Shown: in pieces, positions 8,864 through 17,100 of the stretch
How the letters are laid out: every line of letters starts with the position of its first letter
Position numbering within the stretch: position 1 is the stretch's first letter
Assembly (NCBI GenBank): GCA_964416275.1
Contig: CAYQDU010000001.1
Span: 6,830-70,829, forward strand
Direction: 5' to 3'
Source of the DNA: an uncultured Anaerolinea sp.
GTDB taxonomy: Bacteria; Chloroflexota; Anaerolineae; Anaerolineales; UBA4823
DNA length: 64,000 bases
Program-made: the position numbers and the translations under genes
Notes under the pieces: generated by a model
Database searches by the model: none
Told to the model about the DNA's origin: nothing
What the model saw: the letters and a program-made list of their open reading frames with translations, nothing else

Positions 8864-11080
8864 TTACAGCAGATAGGGCAGGTCAATCGCGAAGGTTGTT
8901 CCGCCCAACACGCAGCTATCGACGATATAAATTTTCCCCCCCAGCGATTCGATCAGGCTGCGTGAGATATACAGGCCGATCCCGCTGCCATCCGGGCGGG
9001 TGGTGTACCCGGCTTCAAACACCGTTTCCCACAGGCGATAGTGAATTCCCGGCCCATTATCTTCGATGCAGATGCGCAGCGTAGCATTTTTATCCGATCC
9101 GCCGGAGGTTTCCATCGAAATCTTCACCCAGCCGCCGCGCTGCGGGCGCCACTCATTGATCTGTTGGATGGCGTTGAGCAGCAGGTTGAGCAGGATTTGC
9201 TCCAGGGCGGCCGCCTGGGTGCGGACAATCGCCATTTTAGACGGCGAGATAAACTGGATGACCACGTGATTATCGTCGCTCTGCTTCTTGAGCAGGTGAA
9301 CCACTTCCTGAATGATCTCGTCGATGCGCAGCATTTCGGTCTTGCTTTTGACGATAATGCGGGCAAAAGCGCGCATCGACTGGATGATCGTATCAACGTG
9401 GTTCTGGACTTCTTGCAGCCCGGCGCGGGCCAGGCTGACCTGCCCGGCCTGGGCCTGGCCGGCCGGCTGGCCGGCCAGCGCCGCGTTTAAACAATCTTCT
9501 ACGTTTTCGATCTGGATAGTGAGCCGCCCGGCGATGTTGTTGGTTTCATGCACCATGGCGCTGCTGACGTGGCCCAATAGCGCGCTGCGCTGGATGCTGG
9601 TGGCCTGTTCTTGAAAGGCGGCCCGCTCCAGAATGGAGGCAATCGCCAGGCAGGTAGCCGCTACATAGGTGTTCGCCTCCGGCGAGATGCGCTTCGGGCG
9701 GCTGTCCAGGGCTGCCAGGGCGTAGTTGCGCTTGAAATGCCCCTGGACTGGCGCTGCAATACAGGCTTCCAGGGGGTAGTATTCCAGTAGATAGCGGAAG
9801 CGGTCGTGCTGTTCGCGCGGCAGCCGCTCGATGGAAATCGTCTCGCCGTCTTCGGCCACATCTCGCACCGGGCTGTAGATCAACCCGGCCAGGGCTTCTT
9901 TGCGGGCCAGCCCATCGCCCGATTTCTGCACCATCTCAATCGAACGCTGCCCTGGGTCGAGGGCAAACAGCATAACCGCCTCGAAGCCGATGGCTTCATG
10001 GCATTGGTTCAGCAGGGCCTGGATGGCGCGTTGGGCCGGCAGGCGCGAGACATCGAGCAGCGAGAAGTCTTTGCCCAGGGCCGGCGGTAGTTCGGCCCGG
10101 TCGGCTGTCGCCGGCGGCCTTTGCAGCAGCACATCCAGCAGGTCCTCCGGCAGCAGCGGGCGGATCAGCAGGCTGACCCCGGCGGCCTGCAGGCTCTCCA
10201 GGGCCTGCATGTGTTCGTTTGCGCTGGCCCAATCCGTCATCAAGATGACGCGCACATCCGCGCCGGCTTCCAGAATGCGCCGGACTACCTCCAGCCCGTT
10301 CATGTCGGGCAGTCCCAGGTCGATAAAAACAATGTCGGCCGGGTCGTTTCGCAGCAGCTCCAGCCCCTGGCGGCCCGAATCGGCGCTGTCTACCCGCTGG
10401 CCGACGTGTCTCAGCCAGGCCGTCACCACGCCCGATTGGTCGTGGTTGTCGTCGATAACCAGGATGTGCTTCTTGGGGTGGTTTTCCAATAAAAACCTGT
10501 CCAGCGGCGAGCGGCGGCGCGCCCCACCCCCGCCAGGCGGCGGCTGCACCTCGCCGCCTGCCCGCTCTGGCCCGCTGCGCTGCGCCAACCCCAGGCTGAT
10601 CCGCCGCCGGATGGGGTCGATCTCGCGGATTACCACACGCACCCGGTCGCCCGGCCAGAACAGGTCGAGCGGGTCTTTCTGCCTGGGCACCCACTCTGGC
10701 AGATTGCTGCGATGCAGCAGCCCGGTCAGCCCTGAATTCAGCTCGACAAAAGCCCCGTAAGCCAGCACACCGCTGATGGCGCCTTCGACTTCCTGGCCCT
10801 TATAGGCCAGCTCATGAATCCGTTCCCAGGGGTCGTCTTGGGTCAGCCGCAGGCTGAGGTCGATATGCCCGCCGGTCTCGTGCTGATCCAGCGCTACGGC
10901 CAGGCCGCTCCAGTTGAGCGGGTACAGGCTGCGCCAGTTGCTGCGCTCGTGGGCGTCCCACGAGATTTCTCGCACCCGCACGATCCCGCTGCGCCCGTCT
11001 TCCAGTTCCATCAACAGGCCCAGCGGCAGGTGGCGGATCACTTTGCAGCGCAGACTTTTGCGTTTCTTCGAGCCATCCAT
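8864..11080 (-). CDS. S1-S1-receiver-GAF-histidine kinase fusion
   Basis: 738-aa ORF. Two S1 RNA-binding folds (KVIRHLPLGLLMELEDGRSGIVRVREISWD...IDLSLR; GQEVEGAISGVLAYGAFVELNSGLTGLLHRSNL...GDRVRVVIREIDPIRRRISLGL). Receiver (ILVIDDNHD...IVFIDLGLPDMNG) and a GAF-like region. H-box MVHETNNIAGRL; HATPase boxes LLNLLLNAIQQ, EDNGPGI, GSGIGLYISRSLIESLGG. Confidence 0.85.
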   Translation of the reverse strand: MDGSKKRKSLRCKVIRHLPLGLLMELEDGRSGIVRVREISWDAHERSNWRSLYPLNWSGLAVALDQHETGGHIDLSLRLTQDDPWERIHELAYKGQEVEGAISGVLAYGAFVELNSGLTGLLHRSNLPEWVPRQKDPLDLFWPGDRVRVVIREIDPIRRRISLGLAQRSGPERAGGEVQPPPGGGGARRRSPLDRFLLENHPKKHILVIDDNHDQSGVVTAWLRHVGQRVDSADSGRQGLELLRNDPADIVFIDLGLPDMNGLEVVRRILEAGADVRVILMTDWASANEHMQALESLQAAGVSLLIRPLLPEDLLDVLLQRPPATADRAELPPALGKDFSLLDVSRLPAQRAIQALLNQCHEAIGFEAVMLFALDPGQRSIEMVQKSGDGLARKEALAGLIYSPVRDVAEDGETISIERLPREQHDRFRYLLEYYPLEACIAAPVQGHFKRNYALAALDSRPKRISPEANTYVAATCLAIASILERAAFQEQATSIQRSALLGHVSSAMVHETNNIAGRLTIQIENVEDCLNAALAGQPAGQAQAGQVSLARAGLQEVQNHVDTIIQSMRAFARIIVKSKTEMLRIDEIIQEVVHLLKKQSDDNHVVIQFISPSKMAIVRTQAAALEQILLNLLLNAIQQINEWRPQRGGWVKISMETSGGSDKNATLRICIEDNGPGIHYRLWETVFEAGYTTRPDGSGIGLYISRSLIESLGGKIYIVDSCVLGGTTFAIDLPYLL

Positions 11081-11086
11081 AGGCGG

Positions 11087-12235
11087 TCAGGCCGGCGTTT
11101 CCGGTTCTTCGAAAGTAACCCCTGGCAGCCCCTGTTCGGGCGGATAGGGCAGGCGGAACACGGCCTGGGCTTCGCCCAGGTCGGCCATATCTTGCAGGCG
11201 CTCGAAGTTGGGGGCCAGGGCGGGGTTGGGCAGCCGTTCCAGCCAGTAGATCTGCGGCTCCCATAGGCGGCTGTCGTTGCGGGTGGTTGGACGCTTGATC
11301 TGGTAGCCCCACATCATGGCGTCGGGCCTGGCCGAGCGGGTCAGAGCCGAGCCAACCGCCCGGCTGACGAAATCGGGGACGAAAGTGGGCGAGGCCAGCC
11401 GCACCTGCACGAAATAGGGCCGGGTCAGCCCGGCCAGGCGGCGGTCTAGCTGAGTAGCCGTCTTGAAGGCAAACGGCTGGGCAAAGTGCAGGTCGTTGTT
11501 CTTGCTGATCCGGCTGGCTTGCTCGCTCAGGCGGGTGAGCAGCAGCCGTTCGTACTGCTGCAAGACGGTGGGGCGCAGCAGCAGGTCGAGCAGCACCGGC
11601 TCGGGGCTGCCCGCCAGGGCGCGCCAGATTTGTTCGTCCGAACGGTCGATGGTCTCCCAGGCTTCGGACAGGTAGAGCATCTCCTGGCCGCTGTTGAAGG
11701 CGCTGTTGAAGCGGCAGATTTGGGCCAGGCCGTCGGCCGCGCTCACCTGGCGCAGAATGTCCCACCCGGCCAGGCGGTGGAATTCGTCTTGCGTGGCGGC
11801 CGGGCGCAGGATGTAGTCGATGGGGAAAATCGAGCGCAGCTCGTACCAGAAGGCGCAGGCCGCCTGGCGGGCAACCTCCTGGGTTGGGGCGCACACCTTC
11901 GCGAACAGGCTTAACAGCAGGCCGGGCTGTCCTGGGGAATGTACAACGCGCAGCGCCAGGCTGCGTTTTTCGGGCCACTCATCCTGGGCGGTGCAGTCGT
12001 TGATGTGCAGGGCTTCGATGAACAGGCGCTGCCGGTCGCGGGCCTCATCCCACAAAAAAGCAGGGCTGAAGCCCCATTTGAACTTGAGTAAATCCTGAAA
12101 AGGCCGGATGAACACCTGGCAGGCGATCACCGCCTGCCACAGGTAGGCGAACGTGCGGTCTAACGGGGCTTTGCTTTCCAGGTCGGGCAGGGTGTTGCTT
12201 TCGCCCAGCTCGACCCAGGGTAATGTTTCGGCCAT
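11087..12235 (-). CDS. Hypothetical protein (orphan, 382 aa)
   Basis: SD GGGAGG before ATG 12235, and the stop is 6 nt from the next gene. Balanced coding-like composition, no TM, no motif I can assign. The competing same-strand ORF 10812-11978 is Arg/Pro/Gly shadow. Confidence 0.6.
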   Translation of the reverse strand: MAETLPWVELGESNTLPDLESKAPLDRTFAYLWQAVIACQVFIRPFQDLLKFKWGFSPAFLWDEARDRQRLFIEALHINDCTAQDEWPEKRSLALRVVHSPGQPGLLLSLFAKVCAPTQEVARQAACAFWYELRSIFPIDYILRPAATQDEFHRLAGWDILRQVSAADGLAQICRFNSAFNSGQEMLYLSEAWETIDRSDEQIWRALAGSPEPVLLDLLLRPTVLQQYERLLLTRLSEQASRISKNNDLHFAQPFAFKTATQLDRRLAGLTRPYFVQVRLASPTFVPDFVSRAVGSALTRSARPDAMMWGYQIKRPTTRNDSRLWEPQIYWLERLPNPALAPNFERLQDMADLGEAQAVFRLPYPPEQGLPGVTFEEPETPA

Positions 12236-12259
12236 TGGAGCCTCCCTGCCAGCCTGGGC

Positions 12260-13345
12260 TTACTTTTTGGACGGCGGCGGCATCAGTTGGTTCAGGCTGG
12301 CGCTGAGCAGCGTTAGCGGGGTCGAACTGGCCGCCGAAGAATCGGACATCGAGCGCGTGATGCTGTCGATAACCCGCGCCTCATCGCCGTTGAGCATAAA
12401 GCCTTTCGCCGCCAGGCCCTGCAGCATGGTTTCCAGCGCCTTGGCCCGCGCCTGGATGCTTGCCATGGCTTCCTCGTGCTGGTGATCGGGCAGCTTGCGC
12501 AGCCGTTCGATTTCGGCCTGCAGCACATCCATCTGATAGTGCAGTTCCGCCCGCTGGACGGCGAACTCGTCGCGCAGCTTCGCCAGCTCGGCTTCTTGCT
12601 CGGCCTGTATTTTGTTGGCTTCGCCCTGGCGGCGCAGGAGCTGCTCGCGCTGATCGACCAGTTCTTTCTCTTGCTGAAGCTTGTCTTTCTCGGCGCTGGT
12701 CTTCTTTTCCTGCACCTGGCGGGCCTGTTGGATTTCGAGCAGGGCCGGGTCGCCCTGGCGGCTGGTTACCTGAACGTCGAGGATGGCAAACCCCCGGCAG
12801 GCCTGGATCTGGCCGATCTCATGCGTGACATAGCGCTGGATGACGGCGTCGTCAACCCGCAGGCGGTCCTGGCCCTGGGCCAGCTCATCGTGTTTATGGG
12901 ATTGGATAAAGCTCTTGAGAATGGTGGTGGCGGAGGCCAGCAGCACGTTGATCGGCTGGTCGATGCTCATCACAGCCAGCGGGTCCTTGACCTGCCAGTT
13001 CAGGTTGATTGCCAGCCCGACCTGCGGTCCATCCGCCGAGCGGGCTGTGACCACCGGCAGACTGGTCAGATGTTTGCGTTGATCGACGTAGTGGAGGCTG
13101 TAGACGCCGGCGGGCAGGTCTGCATACCCGCCGCGCTCGATCAGGATGCGCTGCCCGTGGGGTGCCGTCAGCACAGCGGCGCAGTCCGGGTAGACATAGA
13201 GATAGTCGGCGCCAAACTTTCCGGTGGTGAAGCTGGTGGGCGGGGTAATGATCTGATTCCCAAACTGAGGCGGAACGCCCCGTTTGCGGCTGCCCTGATA
13301 TTCTACCCAGCTACGCAGCAAACGTTTCCAAAGATCATCAGACAT
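12260..13345 (-). CDS. SPFH/Band-7-like protein with long C-terminal coiled coil, no membrane anchor
   Basis: 361-aa ORF with SD AAGGAGG before ATG 13345. SPFH-like core (VVTARSADGPQVGLAINLNWQVKDP...ILKSFIQSH). It is followed by E/Q/K/L/R heptad-rich sequence (KDKLQQEKELVDQREQLLRRQGEANKIQAEQEAELAKLRDEF...). No N-terminal hydrophobic segment. Confidence 0.65.
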   Translation of the reverse strand: MSDDLWKRLLRSWVEYQGSRKRGVPPQFGNQIITPPTSFTTGKFGADYLYVYPDCAAVLTAPHGQRILIERGGYADLPAGVYSLHYVDQRKHLTSLPVVTARSADGPQVGLAINLNWQVKDPLAVMSIDQPINVLLASATTILKSFIQSHKHDELAQGQDRLRVDDAVIQRYVTHEIGQIQACRGFAILDVQVTSRQGDPALLEIQQARQVQEKKTSAEKDKLQQEKELVDQREQLLRRQGEANKIQAEQEAELAKLRDEFAVQRAELHYQMDVLQAEIERLRKLPDHQHEEAMASIQARAKALETMLQGLAAKGFMLNGDEARVIDSITRSMSDSSAASSTPLTLLSASLNQLMPPPSKK

Positions 13346-13512
13346 CTGGCCCTCCTTACTTTTTGGCTACATCTGTGATACCTGCTGGATTGGTTTGACC
13401 GGGAGTGAAGGTACTGTTTCTATAATAGCATAAAAATAGGGCCGAAGTTTTACATTTCCCCGCCATTTTCCATACATAACATAAGGGCTCTTCTCGGCGG
13501 AAGCCCCATATT

Positions 13513-13560
13513 CATTGAGGGATGTTGTGGGGCGCTGCAGCCCCATAACATCCCTCAATG
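13513..13560 (-). terminator. 21-bp-arm hairpin 4 nt after the stop of the 195-aa gene (terminator-like, no U tract)
   Basis: CATTGAGGGATGTTGTGGGGC-gctgca-GCCCCATAACATCCCTCAATG with one G-U position. It sits between the giant-membrane-protein pair and the AT-rich leader of the SPFH cluster. Confidence 0.35.
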
Positions 13561-13564
13561 AAAC

Positions 13565-14152
13565 TTAGCGGTATGCACCTTCGATCAATATCTGGCCCTG
13601 GCCCAACTCAACCCGCTCAATCGACACTGGCAGGGCCTGGGCCTGGGCCAGTTGAGCCTGGAATTCTTGCTGGACGGCCTGCAGAATGAAATCGGGGGCG
13701 GCCGCCCCGCCGACGGTGATGGATTGTAGATCGACCAGGGGCCGGCCGTCTCCCGCTCCTACCCAGGCTCGCCCGGAGACCGGCGTGCGCAGCCCCAGGA
13801 TGTAGGCGACGCCGCCGGCGGTCACCCCCTGGGGGTCGATGGCGATGCGCGGGTGGCTGAACGGCACATTGGGGTGGCGGGCCAGGAACCAGGCCACCGC
13901 CTCGGAGGCCATCTGGTCGGTGACGACGATCTCGAAGCGCTGCCCGCTGGCCTGGCCGGAGAATAGCTTCTCGCGGATGGCGGCAATCTGCGGGTCGAGG
14001 CGCGGCTCGACCGCCGCCTGGAGAGTGAGCGGGGCCAGGCCCAGCCAGGCCAGCCCGTTTGCCAGCAGCAGGGCCAGGGCAAACCACAGGCTGGCCCGAT
14101 GTGGGCCAGCCCGCGCCGGGCCAGCCCGGCGGCGGACGTGGGCGGCGCTCAT
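13565..14152 (-). CDS. Membrane-anchored hypothetical protein (195 aa), translationally coupled partner of the giant membrane protein
   Basis: ATG 14152 overlaps the TGA of the upstream gene (ATGA). Arg-rich N-terminus, then one TM (LWFALALLLANGLAWLGLAPL), with the rest predicted outside the membrane. No family assignable; the resemblance to LmeA/DUF2993-type proteins is weak and unverified. Confidence 0.6.
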   Translation of the reverse strand: MSAAHVRRRAGPARAGPHRASLWFALALLLANGLAWLGLAPLTLQAAVEPRLDPQIAAIREKLFSGQASGQRFEIVVTDQMASEAVAWFLARHPNVPFSHPRIAIDPQGVTAGGVAYILGLRTPVSGRAWVGAGDGRPLVDLQSITVGGAAAPDFILQAVQQEFQAQLAQAQALPVSIERVELGQGQILIEGAYR

Positions 14153-17100
14153 TCCCAGGCCTCCAGGCGGGCGCGCAGCTCTTCCGACAGGCCCTTGAGC
14201 GCTTCCAGGCGGCGTTCGATCAGCACCGCCAGCCCCACCAGGATCAGCCCGGCCACGGCAAACACAATCCAGCGGTTGGCCGATAGAAGCGGCTCAATCA
14301 ATTGGGCCGTCACGTCGAGGGTCAGCCCGGCTACCCCGGCGTACAGGAAGCGCCGCAGGCGGCGGGCGCTGCCCCACCAGGCCAGCAGCAGGCACTCGAC
14401 CCCCATCCACAGGGCGTAGCGCCCGCCATTGGCCCCCCGCGCTTGCCAGAAAGACGCGCCGAGCAGCAAAATCACCGCCGCCCAATCCACCCAACGGGCC
14501 AGATCGCGGCTGCCCAGGCGGCGTTCCAGATAGCCCAATGCCAGCAGATAGACCCCCGCCGGCGCGGCGTAAATTTGCGCCTCGCGCTGGCCCCAGGCCA
14601 GGAGCAGCTCCAGGCTCCAGGCGACCAGCAGCAGGGCCACCGAGGCGTAGCCCAGGCGCAGCCGCCGGTCGGCTGTGGCCGAAGCCAGGAGGAACAGCCC
14701 GGTCACGGCCAGCAGGCTCACCAGGCGCTGCACGTTGGGCAGGTCGGCCGGCTGCACCAGACGCGTCCCCAGGGCGACGCGGATCGCCAGCCCTGGCACA
14801 TCGACGTACAGGGCCAGCCCGCCCGCCAGCCCCGCCAGGGTTGCCAGCCAGCCGGCATGCACCAGGGGCCGTTCCCATAAGGCCCGGCGCGGGTCCATCG
14901 CGCCCCGCGCCGGGCTGCGCCGCGCCAGCCGCAGGCCATACCCGGCCAGGCCGTAGCCCAGGGCCAGCAGAGCCAGGTTGGGCGGCAGATCGGCCAGGGG
15001 CGCGCCCAGGGTGAACAGGCGTTGGAGCAGGGCCAGCCCGCCCAGGGCGGGGGGCAGGTAGGCCAGCCAGGGCAGCCGCCATAGGCTGGCAAATCCGCCG
15101 ATCAACAGGCCGTTCGACAGGCTGAGAGCCGCGCTGGACGGCCCCAGGCGCAGGCTGACGGCCTGCGTGATGAGCAGGTCGGCCAGGACGAGCAGGTGCA
15201 GCGGGCGCGACCAGCCGGAGAAGCGGGCTTCGCCCCGGCGGCGCTCGCCGGCTAGCCCGGCCAGGGCTGTCAGCCAGGTTGCGGGGGCAAAGGCCAGGGC
15301 CAGCCAGTCGCCGGGCGGGCGGCCGGCGTGCAGGCCCCACCACCGCAGCCCGGCCAGCAGCGCCAGTTGAGCCGCCGCCCCGGCCACCAGCAGCCAGGCC
15401 GGTTTGCGGAAGTATGCCGTCGCCAATCCATAGGCCAGGGCTGCCAGGGCCAGGGTCAGCGGCAGCCGGTCGGGGTAGGATAGGGCCAGCAGGGCGCTCC
15501 CGGCGGCCAGCAGATAGGCCAGCCCGAACAGCGGCAGCGCCCACCAGCGCAGGATGACCTGCCAGGGGGGCAGCGCCGAGCCGTCGTCCAGGGTCGCTTT
15601 TCCGTTCGTCCACTCCAGCAGGTGCGCCAGCCCCAACAGGGCCGCAATCATCGGCCACAGCCCCAGGCCGTAATCGACCGGCTGCATCCCCCGGTCGAGC
15701 AGCCAGCTCCAATAGGGCGGCAGGGCCAGCCCGCCGGCGGCGGTCAGCAGCAGCGGCCAGCGCCGCCAGGCGGCCAGCAGAGCGCACAGCAGGGCGGCGG
15801 CGCTGTAGCCCACCTGCACCGCCCGGCGGTCGAAGCTGGTGAAGGGCAGCCCGGCGTAGATCAGCAGGAAGATCGGGATCAACAGCGCCCGCCCGGCCTG
15901 GGCGGCGAAGGGGGGCGCGGCGGCTGCCTGCGCCGGTCGCCGGTCGAGCAGGAAGCCGAAGATCAGGTACAGCCCGGCCACGCCCAGCAGCCCCCAACCG
16001 TATTGCTCGCGCGGGGCCAGGCGCTCGGCCAGGGTGAGCATCACGGCCAGCGGCAGAGTAACGGCCGCCAGGTAGACCCAGGCGGTCTGCCGGAACCACA
16101 CCGCCGACAGGCCCAATACCAGCCCGGCGAACAGCAGCCCCGCCGCCAGGGCCGCCGGCTGCGAGAGCAGGCCCAGCAGGCCAAACCCCAGGGCGGCATA
16201 GGCCAGGGTGTAGAACGGGCGGGCGAAGCGTGCGCCGGTCGGCAGGCTGCGCCGCTCGATCCAGCGCCCCAGCCCCAGGCCGGGCAGGACGAACAGCAGC
16301 CAGATCAGCCCGGCCAGCGTGGGCGGGGCGGCCGGGAAGGCTATAGCAAGGCGGGCCAGCGCCCACAGCGGCGGCGCAAACACAGCCGGATATAGGAAAC
16401 GGGCCGAGCGCAGCCCGCCGCGCAGGTCGATCACCAGGGCCGAAAGATAGAACACCAGCATCAGCCCAAAGCCCTGGCTGGCCCAGGCGGCCCGGGCCTG
16501 TGCCAGCAGCAGGCCTACCAGGATCAGGCTATGGGCCACGGCCTGCGGCGGCCGGCCGAGAAGCCTGGCCGGGCCTTTCAGGCCCAGGCTCATTCCTCCA
16601 CCGATCCATAGCAGCAGCACGGCCAGCATCGCCCAGGCAACCCCATAGCCCACAGCTTCCAGCCGCCCGGCCCGCCAGAGCTGCAGGGCCATCAGCGACC
16701 AGGGGGCTACCGCCAGGCCGGAGGCCAGCCAGGCCAGGCGCAGGGCGGTTTTGGGCTGGCGGCGGTAGAGATAGACGCCCAGGGCAAACAGGCCGCACAG
16801 CGTCCCCAGGGCGGCCGCCGACCAGCGCTCGCGCAGCGGCCCGCCGCCCAGAATCGCCAGGTTGCGGATCAGAGACAGGAACAGGGTCAGCGCAGCGGCC
16901 AGCCAGGCCCCGGTCTGCAGGGGGCGGCGGAACACCCGCCAGGCCGGGCCGCCGCTGGGGCGGCGGGGGGTGCGGGCGTAGGCATACAGGGCGCGCTCGC
17001 CCAACAGGAAGGCGGCCGCCAGCAGAGCGGCCAGAAAGGCCGAACGCCCGCTGCCCCGGCTGAAATGAGCCGCCGCCAGCCCGGCTGAAAACAGGGCCAG

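Noticed and set aside
10812-11978. 388-aa minus-strand ORF overlapping the orphan gene and the S1-kinase start
   Set aside because: RPG-rich alternative frame. It would destroy the S1 domains and the SD-led orphan ORF.
13346-13512. Specific -35/-10 assignment for the SPFH cluster promoter in the AT-rich spacer (candidate TATGCT / TATTAT hexamers near 13405-13420)
   Set aside because: Several overlapping -10-like hexamers exist, but none has a convincing -35 at 16-18 nt. I only record that the region is AT-rich and promoter-like.
13367-13558. 63-aa minus-strand ORF in the spacer upstream of the SPFH gene
   Set aside because: It runs through the 21-bp-arm hairpin and the AT-rich promoter-like region and has no SD. 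More likely non-coding.
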